From a virus, in IMG/VR virus record IMGVR_UViG_3300046474_000370, positions 1 through 64,000 of that record: a stretch of DNA of 64,000 nucleotides; one strand, given 5' to 3'. Within the stretch, counting starts at the first letter, position 1. Each line of letters begins with the position of its first letter. The notes below the pieces were generated by a model. The model saw only the letters and a program-made list of their open reading frames with translations, searched no databases and had not been told where the DNA came from. Position numbers and translations under genes: made by a program. This document shows positions 28,064-36,500 of this stretch, piece after piece.

Positions 28064-28747
28064 TCAGGCTCCGATCGTTTTCCTTGTCTTGTTTTCCCAA
28101 ACCGCGATGAATTCCGGCGAGCCGTTGACCGCGCGTGAATAAAGCCAGTCGGGCTCGATCTTGATGTGTGCATGGCGCCAGATCGACTTATTCTTATGGA
28201 CATGCGTGTTGCCGATGAATATATAGGTGTCGCACGCCTTGATCAGTGCTTCCTCATCCACTCCGAACATATTGCCGCCAGCTTGCGGGCGGTTTTCGTC
28301 GAACAGATGGGTGACCCAGCAGGCTAGGACGACTTGCGGGCGGTAGTGGGCGATCGCCGCGGCCGCGTCCAGCTGCTCGACATTCGGACCATAGATGACC
28401 GGCGGCTGGCCGGTGGCCGCATAGATTTGCCCAATCAGTGGGTCACTCTGCATCTTGTTATCGGTCGCCGGGATGCCAAGCGCGGCCGCCAAGGCGCCGT
28501 TGCCGGCGCCGATCTCGATCGCGCTGCGGCCGTCGATCACGGCACATAACCAGTCGACCAGTTCGGCAGTCGGAAAGCTGTAGATGCCGTTGCGATGGCC
28601 GAGCAGCGCGCGTTCCGCCACGCTGGTCGTGTAATAGAAGCTGGCCGGCATGATGCGCGGGCGGCCAGGCGCTTCCAGTGCGTCGGGGCCGAGGTCGCGT
28701 ATCTGGTTGATGTCGCTGATGAGGTGCACATCCTGGGGGAGGCTCAT
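28064..28747 (-). CDS. Putative SAM-dependent methyltransferase-like protein
   Basis: AIEIGAGNG motif I. Confidence 0.55.
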   Translation of the reverse strand: MSLPQDVHLISDINQIRDLGPDALEAPGRPRIMPASFYYTTSVAERALLGHRNGIYSFPTAELVDWLCAVIDGRSAIEIGAGNGALAAALGIPATDNKMQSDPLIGQIYAATGQPPVIYGPNVEQLDAAAAIAHYRPQVVLACWVTHLFDENRPQAGGNMFGVDEEALIKACDTYIFIGNTHVHKNKSIWRHAHIKIEPDWLYSRAVNGSPEFIAVWENKTRKTIGA

Positions 28748-28762
28748 TGTCTTTCCTTGGGG

Positions 28763-28963
28763 TCAGTTGGGGTCTTGATTGCCATGCTGGTCGCGGGGCT
28801 TGGCCTGGTTCCAGCGCGCGATCCACAGAACAAAGAAGGCGGAGAATACGGCCGACATCCACTGGCTCCTGGCCAGCGAGTCGATCAGTGCCCATGCGTT
28901 GCCGATGCCGCACAGGTGCTGGACCGCGAGCCCGATCCGCCGGTGTAGTTCATGCCCGATCAT
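28763..28963 (-). CDS. Small membrane protein
   Basis: Hydrophobic segments; lies within the leftward operon. Confidence 0.45.
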   Translation of the reverse strand: MIGHELHRRIGLAVQHLCGIGNAWALIDSLARSQWMSAVFSAFFVLWIARWNQAKPRDQHGNQDPN

Positions 28964-29606
28964 CGTTCGGTGGGAAGAAGGCGCGGATGTCGGCCATCTG
29001 CACGGCAGCCGGGTCGCCATGCGCGAGCCAGTACAGCATGCTGAAACGGTCGGTGTTCATGGTCGGCGTGCGGATCTCCTCGGGCATGATCCGGCACAGC
29101 AGGTTGTCGCGGTCGAGGCTGTAGTGGATGCGGCAGGCGAACGGGCGGCTGTCGTAGACGCTGCATTGGCCGTCCTTGAGCAGCGGGCACGGCTTGCCCT
29201 CGTAGCGCCTTTGTTCAGCCTTGACCGCTTCCACGGTGGTGGCGGCCTCGAAGGCCTCGGGCGGCGGCGTGGCCAACGGGCGACCGCTGGCCCTGGCGAT
29301 GAGCTCGGCTTCCTGCTGAGAGATCATGGTCGCCATGTGGCAGCAGTGCGCGCAGCCGGCGCGGCATGGGGTGTGGCCCTTGGCGGCTTCGGCCAGGATC
29401 GTGCCGATCTGGCGCAGCCAGACGAAGCGCCCCTCGATCCTGGGCTCGTCCTGCAAGGCCAGCGCGGCCTGGTTGACGCCGAGCGCGCGCAGCTTTTTGT
29501 GGATCGCGTCGAGGCGGCGCTCGGCGCCCTGGAACAGCTCGGGGTCCTGCTGGCGCCGGCGGACCGCTGCCATGTGTTCGTCGTCCGGCAGCATTTTTAT
29601 GCACAC
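28950..29606 (-). CDS. YkgJ family (CxxCxxCC) cysteine-cluster protein
   Basis: CRAGCAHCC, CPLL...CSVY..RP.ACR motifs; exact start uncertain. Confidence 0.85.
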   Translation of the reverse strand: MCIKMLPDDEHMAAVRRRQQDPELFQGAERRLDAIHKKLRALGVNQAALALQDEPRIEGRFVWLRQIGTILAEAAKGHTPCRAGCAHCCHMATMISQQEAELIARASGRPLATPPPEAFEAATTVEAVKAEQRRYEGKPCPLLKDGQCSVYDSRPFACRIHYSLDRDNLLCRIMPEEIRTPTMNTDRFSMLYWLAHGDPAAVQMADIRAFFPPNDDRA

Positions 29607-29995
29607 TCCGCGGTGATTGGTTGGGACAGGCGCGCCACGGATGCGACCGCGGCGCGCACCTGCGCCACCATGTCACGGTGGCCGGCTTCGGCTTCCTCGT
29701 AGGTCGCGTAGCGGCGCATCGACCAGTCGGCCATTGCAGCGCCGGCGAACACCATCGTCTCGAACAGGATCGGGGGCCCGATCCTGCTGAAATTGTGGTC
29801 GATGCCGAGGAATACGGTCGACACGCGGTGGCCGGCCACCCGCGTCGAGGCGACCCAGCGCTGCTTCTCGAACGCGATTGCCCATTTGATCAGACTGCCA
29901 GCTCGCAGTATCTTGCGCCCGTCGAGGACGTAATAAAGCCGGGACCCGACCGATCGTGGCCGCCGTAGCTGGCGTTGGCGGTGACTGTTTGCCAT
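29597..29995 (-). CDS. Phage hypothetical protein
   Basis: VSTVFLGIDH...LFETMVF; AAGG-like RBS. Confidence 0.65.
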   Translation of the reverse strand: MANSHRQRQLRRPRSVGSRLYYVLDGRKILRAGSLIKWAIAFEKQRWVASTRVAGHRVSTVFLGIDHNFSRIGPPILFETMVFAGAAMADWSMRRYATYEEAEAGHRDMVAQVRAAVASVARLSQPITAECA

Positions 29996-30008
29996 TTGTT
30001 TATCTTTG

Positions 30009-30338
30009 TTATGGTTGGACTTCGACGACGTCGGACAGGCCGAAACGGTAGGCCACGAAGCGGGTGGCCGCCGCGAGCACCTCCTGGTCATGGTAGCGCA
30101 TCCATAATTCGACACGGCGCGGGTCGGCGCGGTCGAACATCACGCGCCAGTCGTTCGACGGGTCGATGACGTAGACGTACTCGTTCGCCCCGCGCGACGG
30201 GTGGGAGGGGGCGTACGGGATGTTGGCGGCAGGCGGACCGGCGGCGAAGATGCCGGCGGCGAAGGTTGCGAAATGGCGGCGCCTGGCGTCGTCGGTGAAC
30301 GCGAACGCCGGGCGTACCTGAATTTGCAGTTGCTTCAC
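30009..30338 (-). CDS. Hypothetical protein
   Basis: GGAG RBS, GTG start, operon context. Confidence 0.6.
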   Translation of the reverse strand: MKQLQIQVRPAFAFTDDARRRHFATFAAGIFAAGPPAANIPYAPSHPSRGANEYVYVIDPSNDWRVMFDRADPRRVELWMRYHDQEVLAAATRFVAYRFGLSDVVEVQP

Positions 30339-30361
30339 GGTTGATGTCTCCGTTTTCTCTC

Positions 30362-30649
30362 TTAGTCTTCCTGTGCCACGCGCACGCGCTCAACCCGTTC
30401 GCGCACGACCACTTCCAGCCCGAGCATCCGTAAGGCCATGAACAGCCGCTCGACCCGCACCTGGTGCGGGTCGCGTTCCATCGCGCTGATCGTCTCCTGG
30501 GACACGCCGAGGTTCAGGGCCATGTCCTTTTGCGTCAGCGCGCGGCGCGCGCGTTCGCGCTTGAGCATGCCGGTGACGTCGTGCGACCAGCGCCGCAAGT
30601 CGGCGCTGGCGCCCGGTTCGGCGGCGGACCTACTCCACTTGACCACCAT
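30362..30649 (-). CDS. XRE-family HTH regulator (HipB-like)
   Basis: LTQKDMALNLGVSQETISAMER. Confidence 0.8.
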   Translation of the reverse strand: MVVKWSRSAAEPGASADLRRWSHDVTGMLKRERARRALTQKDMALNLGVSQETISAMERDPHQVRVERLFMALRMLGLEVVVRERVERVRVAQED

Positions 30650-30902
30650 CGTTGGCCTCCTTGGCTCCCGCCAGCCCCAGCTGTTCACGCCACGCCAGCG
30701 TGTCGCGCCTGGTGCCACAGACGACGGTCGCGCCCAGCGCCTGGCAGAGCAGGGCGTCGACCACCCATTCCTCCTCGTGCCCAAGCTGCAGGCGGCTTTC
30801 GTCGGCCAGTCCCCACACCCCCAGCAGCGCCGCCAGATCCTGCAACGGCACTGGCCCGGTCATAACGTAGCAACCGTTACGGTGTTCGACCGTATAGCTC
30901 AT
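30630..30902 (-). CDS. Hypothetical protein
   Basis: ATGA coupling with the upstream gene. Confidence 0.55.
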   Translation of the reverse strand: MSYTVEHRNGCYVMTGPVPLQDLAALLGVWGLADESRLQLGHEEEWVVDALLCQALGATVVCGTRRDTLAWREQLGLAGAKEANDGGQVE

Positions 30903-32398
30903 GCGCTGACCGCGAACTGACCGCGCGCCTGGCTTTGGTAATGGACGTCGGAACGCAGCCATACCTCGATCTGATGCTTGATCGCGGTGACGCCGCCGGT
31001 CACCCTGGTATAGCGCGGCGACGCGGTGCCACGGTTCTTGTTGAAATGCTTGTGCAGCGCGCCGTCGGTCGGGTGGCTCATGAATCCGACCATGCCGATT
31101 ACGCGGTCGCACGATTGCAGTTTTTCGGCCACGTCGCCTTTGCTGTAGGCGGAGTCAATGAACAGGAAATTCACGTTGGGGAACGCGGCGCGCAGGATTT
31201 GTTGTTGGGACGGCAGCGGGCCGACGACGCCGACCAACGGCTTCTTGGGCTGCTCGATCTGCTTGGGCCGGGCGGCCTGCGCGGGCATGTACAGGGCCGG
31301 CTTGGCGCTGGCCGGGCGCGGCGGGGCGAGGAACGGGTAGTCGCGTGCCGGCGGCGGGCTGGCCGCCGGCGCTGGCGTATCTGCCGGCGGCGGGACCAGA
31401 AGCGCCCGCAGCTGCGCCACCAGCTCGGGCAGCAATCGGGGCAGCAGCGTGGTGGCCAGCTCGTGCATCATCAGCTGGGCCAAGGGCTTGCAGGCCGCTT
31501 CCCATTCGTTGACGGTAACGCGTCGTTCCGGGGGCAGCTCGGGCTGGGGGCCCGGCGCGGCGGCCGGCGTCGCGGCCAGCGGTGGCGGCACCAGGCCAGC
31601 GGCGACCAGTTCGCGCAGCTGCTGGAACGGCGCGAGCAGATACTTGCGGTTGTGCTTCATGTCGTGCAGGCCGCGGCGCCGTCGTTCGGGCGGCAGCACG
31701 AGCTGCGCCTGCTTCATATCGTTGGCGTTGATCCGCGCCAGTCCCTGGTCGTGCTGCAGGTCCGGGTCAAGGCGTAGCAGTTCGGACGCCACTTTCAGCC
31801 ATTCCTGCTTGGTCCAGTACACTTTGGCGGTTGAACGCGCTACCACCGGAGCGGGGGCGGCCGGTGGTGCCTGCGCCGCCGGCGGCTCGTGCATGGCGGG
31901 CTCGGGATCGCGCACGTTGCGGCCGTTGTAGGCCGCTATCAGGCGCTCGCGTACGCCGGTCAGCGCGTTGAAATGGCGCTGACGGCCAGTCGGCAGCGTC
32001 GACGCCGCGGCGTTGATATGCGCAAGTTTAAGCCGGTCCATCCGACCGTTGAAATACGACTCGTCCGGGTACAGCTGTTGCAGCGTCTGGGCGACCGTGC
32101 GCCACTCCTCGGTGTCCCAGCGCACATGGCTGTCGGTGGTAGAACCGGCCTTCTCGCCGCGCAGCCGCGCAAACGCGGCCAGCAGCCCGATCTTCATGGG
32201 GGCCATGTTGACCACCGTGCGGTAGCGTTCCGGCGGGAGTGCCGCCCTGGCGCTATCGAGCATTTCACGCAGCGAGAGGTTGATCGCCTCGACGGTGCGC
32301 GCCTCGCCGAAAGCGCACTGCGGAAAGCGGTCGATAATCGCGCGCGCAATCAGCTCGAATTCCTCGGGGCTCCAGAAAATGCGCGGGCGGGGGCTCAT
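30899..32398 (-). CDS. Protein with three internal repeats and a C-terminal DUF2325-like domain
   Basis: W-x-x-x-E-[WF]...LP..R.R repeats; C-terminal VGVVG...DRVIGMVGFMSH; GGAG RBS. Confidence 0.65.
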   Translation of the reverse strand: MSPRPRIFWSPEEFELIARAIIDRFPQCAFGEARTVEAINLSLREMLDSARAALPPERYRTVVNMAPMKIGLLAAFARLRGEKAGSTTDSHVRWDTEEWRTVAQTLQQLYPDESYFNGRMDRLKLAHINAAASTLPTGRQRHFNALTGVRERLIAAYNGRNVRDPEPAMHEPPAAQAPPAAPAPVVARSTAKVYWTKQEWLKVASELLRLDPDLQHDQGLARINANDMKQAQLVLPPERRRRGLHDMKHNRKYLLAPFQQLRELVAAGLVPPPLAATPAAAPGPQPELPPERRVTVNEWEAACKPLAQLMMHELATTLLPRLLPELVAQLRALLVPPPADTPAPAASPPPARDYPFLAPPRPASAKPALYMPAQAARPKQIEQPKKPLVGVVGPLPSQQQILRAAFPNVNFLFIDSAYSKGDVAEKLQSCDRVIGMVGFMSHPTDGALHKHFNKNRGTASPRYTRVTGGVTAIKHQIEVWLRSDVHYQSQARGQFAVSA

Positions 32399-32886
32399 CG
32401 CGCCACTCCTGTATCGTGCGTCATTACTGCTGCGGCCGTGCTACCGTGCGGCGGGGCGTTTTTGGCCTCCGCCATTTGGTCGATCATCCTCTAGCTCCTG
32501 CACTTGGTTGTAACTAACCGTGAATCAAGCAACGATAAATTCCGCCGGGAAAGTTGCGTATGTTGCCGGCAAATGTATTCATTTGTCGCCAACCACCGGC
32601 GGACTGTTCAATAACCAGTCGTTACAATGCCGGAAGTCTTGTGAAAGGTCAATACGGTGTTGCATTCCCGTTCGTCACTTCCTTTTTCGGACTGTGGGTT
32701 GGATGTGCTATCAATGCCGTGCTGCGTAGCAAGGATGATTCCGTTTCATGTTTCACGCACCAGATTTCACAATGACCGCGCAATGTCGTTCGTCATTGCG
32801 GAAAAGGGTGACGCATTGAATCTGACATGGACCCTTCGCAGAAGCGGCACCCAATTGCGCGGTCACCATGCAATTCAGTGCGCCAT

Positions 32887-33489
32887 CTATGAATCGGAGC
32901 CGGCGCTCGTTCCCTCATCCTTTTCCCCCTCGCTCCTGGGTGGGGTCTCCATCTCGATCACATCGGTATTGAGATCCCCCATGAACGACATTTCCGGCAC
33001 TGGATTGAGCTTCGCGGCCTCGTCGATCAGTTGCTCGACCGATGCGTCCTGCTCGCGTTCATGGACCTTGATCGAGGCGTTGAACGTGGCGTAGCGGCCG
33101 CCACGCTTACCCTGCCAGGCCACTTGGGAATTAATGATGTAGACGTTGGTGTTGCCGCTTTTGAGGACCTGAATGAAGTTGCACTTCTTGAGCACCGTCA
33201 CCGCGTTCTGGATCGTGCGGACCGTGACGCCCAGCTCCTCGGCCAGCGTCTGTGCCGACACCACGACCCCGCTTGAGCCGCGTTTGATGTGGGCGACCAT
33301 GTAATGCAAGAGCGGCAACGCGGTCGCGTTCCGCATGCCCACTTTCCACATGTGGTCATGGACGGCCTTGTCCGACTGGACCCAGCCCTGTTTGTGGTTG
33401 CCAGGCTGGTCGCCGGGGAGGGTTACTGCCAGATCCTTCTTGGGGCGGGGCGGATCGTCGTCATCCACGAGCAAAGAGTGTTGTGTCAT
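32887..33489 (-). CDS. rep: Plasmid replication initiator, pBBR1 Rep/RepL-like wHTH
   Basis: GWVQ..K.H, LLHYMVA, VVVSAQTL...VRTIQ.AV, VYIINSQVAW match the pBBR1 Rep pattern as recalled. Confidence 0.8.
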   Translation of the reverse strand: MTQHSLLVDDDDPPRPKKDLAVTLPGDQPGNHKQGWVQSDKAVHDHMWKVGMRNATALPLLHYMVAHIKRGSSGVVVSAQTLAEELGVTVRTIQNAVTVLKKCNFIQVLKSGNTNVYIINSQVAWQGKRGGRYATFNASIKVHEREQDASVEQLIDEAAKLNPVPEMSFMGDLNTDVIEMETPPRSEGEKDEGTSAGSDS

Positions 33490-33499
33490 TGTGTCACAA

Positions 33500-34160
33500 A
33501 GGAAAGTTACTGCAAGAGCGAACATTATTGCCGAGCTTGCGAATTGCGTCAACGCAAAACCAGAAGTTCTTGCGTAGATGGCGAAACCACCGCCGAGCTG
33601 GCGGGAGCGTTGTCCTTCGGACAACCCAAGTGATGGCCTGTCGGCCATAAGGGAAGGGACCATGAAGTGATGGGCTAGCGCCCATAGGGGGAGAAAAACC
33701 GGGATGCGCCGCGGGCCGGCGGCAGACCTTCGGCGGGATACGCCCTCCCGGCCAGGGCCGGGACCGTTACCACGGCGGGGGCTACCGCCTCACCCCTGCG
33801 GGGCTTCGGGCACCTGCCTCCGGTTATCGACGGGCGAAACCCCGCCCCCTCACGGGATGCGGCGCCCGTCTCGGCGCAGGCAGCGGGAGGGCCGCAAAAC
33901 CCAGCCAACCAGGCCAGCGGTCATTGCAAGGAATGCAAGAATCTAATAATCCGGCTTCGCTCGAAACCGGGCGTGCCGGTTTTGCGCAGCAAAATCGGTA
34001 CGCAAGCAAGCGAAGCGCGCTAGTGGGTGATCAGACGTAAACAATATAATAGGGCAATTATCTGTGGATAAGCGAGATAAGCCATTGATTTTGTTGATTT
34101 TTCCGGCAAGTGTAATTACGCACCAGATTTCGTAATACCACGCAATTTGACGACGTATAG
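33500..34160. promoter_or_regulatory. Putative plasmid oriV region
   Basis: Non-coding with GC hairpins (CACCCCTGCGGGG ~33792), CAAGCGAAGCGCGC (~34007), an AT-rich block with DnaA-box-like TGTGGATAA (~34063) and TTACGCACCAGATTTCGTAA (34117-34136). Confidence 0.6.
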
Positions 34161-34164
34161 ACCC

Positions 34165-34767
34165 CTATTTTTCCTTGCCAGCCGGCGCCAGTTGCCGCAG
34201 CCAATCCGGGCAGTGCTGTTGCCAGTCAGGGCAGTGCTGCGCCATCAGGTTTTGGACATGCAGGTACAGGCCGTCCCGGACGAGCCGTTGGTTTGACTGC
34301 CGTGGCAAGTTGTTACACAACCAGTTCATCATCGCCCACAGTTCCGGCTCGAGGATCAGCAGGTGCCGCTTGTCTTTGGGCGGGATGTCATTCGCCCACG
34401 GCGCCGGCATCAGCTCGGTCGGCTGGGCGTCCTGCTGTGCGGCCTGTTTGGTTGCCGGGGCCGGACCGCTATCAGCGGGTGGTTGCACGCTGGCCGCGGG
34501 TGGCTCCTCCGTGGCCGGCCCGGCGGCCACGGCCGGCTTGACGACCGGGGTGTCAATGTTGCGCCGCCCGGCAGGCAGCGCGCCTGGGGCGTCGGGCGGG
34601 GCCGGCAACGGGTCCAGTTCACGGCGCCCGGCATGAGGCGTTTCGGGGGCATCGAGTTTGCCGTAATCGGGATCGGATAACCTGGCGTAGGCTTCCAGCT
34701 GCTGCTGGTTGAGCGGCCGTTGACGCGGGTTGGCCGGCTCGAAGGGGGGAAGTTGGCTGCTGCTCAT
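34165..34767 (-). CDS. Putative ParA partner (centromere-binding, type Ib-like)
   Basis: Coupled downstream of parA; disordered N-terminus and small folded C-terminus. Confidence 0.55.
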   Translation of the reverse strand: MSSSQLPPFEPANPRQRPLNQQQLEAYARLSDPDYGKLDAPETPHAGRRELDPLPAPPDAPGALPAGRRNIDTPVVKPAVAAGPATEEPPAASVQPPADSGPAPATKQAAQQDAQPTELMPAPWANDIPPKDKRHLLILEPELWAMMNWLCNNLPRQSNQRLVRDGLYLHVQNLMAQHCPDWQQHCPDWLRQLAPAGKEK

Positions 34768-35432
34768 GTGCGGCGTTCCTCAGTCCAGAGTTCCTGGAAG
34801 ATGGCGCGTGTCTCAACGGTTGCGAATGGGTCTGGTGATGGTAGCTCGTGAACAGCCAGGCCGTAGTCGGCGCAGTCCCAGAACTTGATCCGGTTCGGGG
34901 CTACGTTCTGTAGGATTGTGAAGTTGGGGCAGTATTCGGCCACGAACTGGCGCAAACGCTCCTCGCGTTTCAGGTAGTTGCGGTTGGCCGATGCAAAGTT
35001 GATGAGCAGGTAGGCTTTGAGTTTTTCGTTGATGAGCTGGGCATCGGCGACGATCTGCTCAACCAGTGTCATGGTGGCGGCGTCGAACTTGGCGGGCCGG
35101 CATGGCGTGATGAGCAGGTCGGCCACTGTCACCGACAGGCGCATTTCGAGCGAGTTCTGACCGGGGCAATCGACCAGAATGTGCTTGTAGCGGGTTTGTA
35201 GCTGGCGCAGCTGGCGCGCGATGTCTTTCCCGGCCAGCACCACGCAGTTGAGGGGCGCGGCGCGCCCGCGCTTGTTGCGCACCGCGACGAAATCTTGCAA
35301 TGACCCTTGGGCGTCGGTGTCGACCAGCAGCAGTTCGTCGCCCACTTCCTCTTGCAGCAACACTGCGTGGTTCAGGCAGGTGGTGGTTTTGCCGGTTCCT
35401 CCCTTTTCCCCGGCGTAGACGGCGATTGTCAT
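34764..35432 (-). CDS. parA: ParA family partition ATPase
   Basis: Deviant Walker A KGGTGKTT, VDTDAQGS, LVDCPG; no N-terminal HTH. Confidence 0.92.
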   Translation of the reverse strand: MTIAVYAGEKGGTGKTTTCLNHAVLLQEEVGDELLLVDTDAQGSLQDFVAVRNKRGRAAPLNCVVLAGKDIARQLRQLQTRYKHILVDCPGQNSLEMRLSVTVADLLITPCRPAKFDAATMTLVEQIVADAQLINEKLKAYLLINFASANRNYLKREERLRQFVAEYCPNFTILQNVAPNRIKFWDCADYGLAVHELPSPDPFATVETRAIFQELWTEERRT

Positions 35433-35668
35433 TGGCAGGTTTTCCTTTTCAAAGCCGCAAGATCCGCCAGCAGCATGCGCTGCACCACGCACGCCTGGCG
35501 CGGCGGCAGGGTGGCGATCAGGGTGCGCAGGTTGGTCAGCGCGTCGGGGCGCGCCAGCATCGCCTGGCGCTCCCCGCGCACGAGGGCCAGCATGCGGAGC
35601 AGGGGGCGCGTGCGGGGTTGATATTCTTGGCTGGCGTAGCGCCGGCGGCGTCGTTGTTGCATGTTCAC
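35429..35668 (-). CDS. Small basic hypothetical protein
   Basis: GGAG RBS; ATGA overlap with parA. Confidence 0.5.
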   Translation of the reverse strand: MNMQQRRRRRYASQEYQPRTRPLLRMLALVRGERQAMLARPDALTNLRTLIATLPPRQACVVQRMLLADLAALKRKTCQ

Positions 35669-35910
35669 GGTGTTACTCCATCTGAATCAATCGGCCAAGC
35701 ATTGTAACTGGCTGGCCACAATCCCAAGTTGTGCAATATAGCACACTTGGGTTTATTTCAGAATTGTGTGTTTCTGTACGGAAGAAATTAGTGTAATTCA
35801 GTTCTCTACAGTTCCATTTAGTTGGAAACAGTTCCAGATAAATTAGAACTGTACTATATAGAATGTTGCACGCCGGGCAAGTGGTTGGGGGCAGATAATG
35901 TTCTGTAACT

Positions 35911-35980
35911 TTCTATAGTTCTATATAGTTTTATATAGTTTTTTATAGTTCTGTATAGTTCTATATAGTTTTATATAGTT
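35911..35980. repeat. 7 x 10-bp tandem repeat (nnnTATAGTT), probable centromere
   Basis: Read directly. Four more degenerate AGTT units at 10-bp spacing at 35800-35833. Confidence 0.85.
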
Positions 35981-36196
35981 TGATTCACTAGCATTCGGTG
36001 CTGTGTGATACAGCGTTATTCAATTCAGCATAACTTCGTTTTGAAAACTACATAGTAGATATGCTTTGGTTGAGTGCGCTCAAACGTTGGCGGGAGACGG
36101 GCACCACAATGGGAACAGCTCTCCAACAGCTGGAGGGTTGGCCAGGCAAAAGGCGTCTGGCCTTTCCAACTCGTTATGTGCGAAGGATCATGAACC

Positions 36197-36442
36197 ATGA
36201 AAGTGTTGAAAACTGAAGATGCAGCCCAGGTAAGCGGCGGTGCCGGTTCCCCATTAACTCAGACCGTGTTGCCGGTTGGGCAGCTGTCCGCGCCCCTCCA
36301 CTTGCTGGAGCACACCATGCCGCCGGTGTTCACCATGCCCATGCCCCACTGGCCAGCGGGGACGCCGGGCGTCAACGGCATGCGCAACCCGGTGGTTGAA
36401 TCATGCCCGGTGGCGCCGGCCGCAGCCCAGGACCTGAGCTAA
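36197..36442 (+). CDS. Double-glycine leader peptide precursor 1
   Basis: 15-aa leader MKVLKTEDAAQVSGG; Pro-rich core; AAGGA RBS. Confidence 0.75.
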   Translation: MKVLKTEDAAQVSGGAGSPLTQTVLPVGQLSAPLHLLEHTMPPVFTMPMPHWPAGTPGVNGMRNPVVESCPVAPAAAQDLS

Positions 36443-36500
36443 ATCCACGAAATCAGTTCTGCCCGCCCGCCGCTGAGCGGGCAGGACTGTCCAAGTCACC

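Noticed and set aside
30362-30902. Possible HipBA-type toxin-antitoxin pair
   Set aside because: An XRE protein is present, but no neighbour shows kinase or RNase toxin motifs.
35890-35912. Possible Fur box (GATAATG...) upstream of the microcin cluster
   Set aside because: Only a half-site match, and about 290 bp from the first start codon.
35911-35980. Possible CRISPR array
   Set aside because: Units are 10 bp with no spacers, and no cas genes are present.
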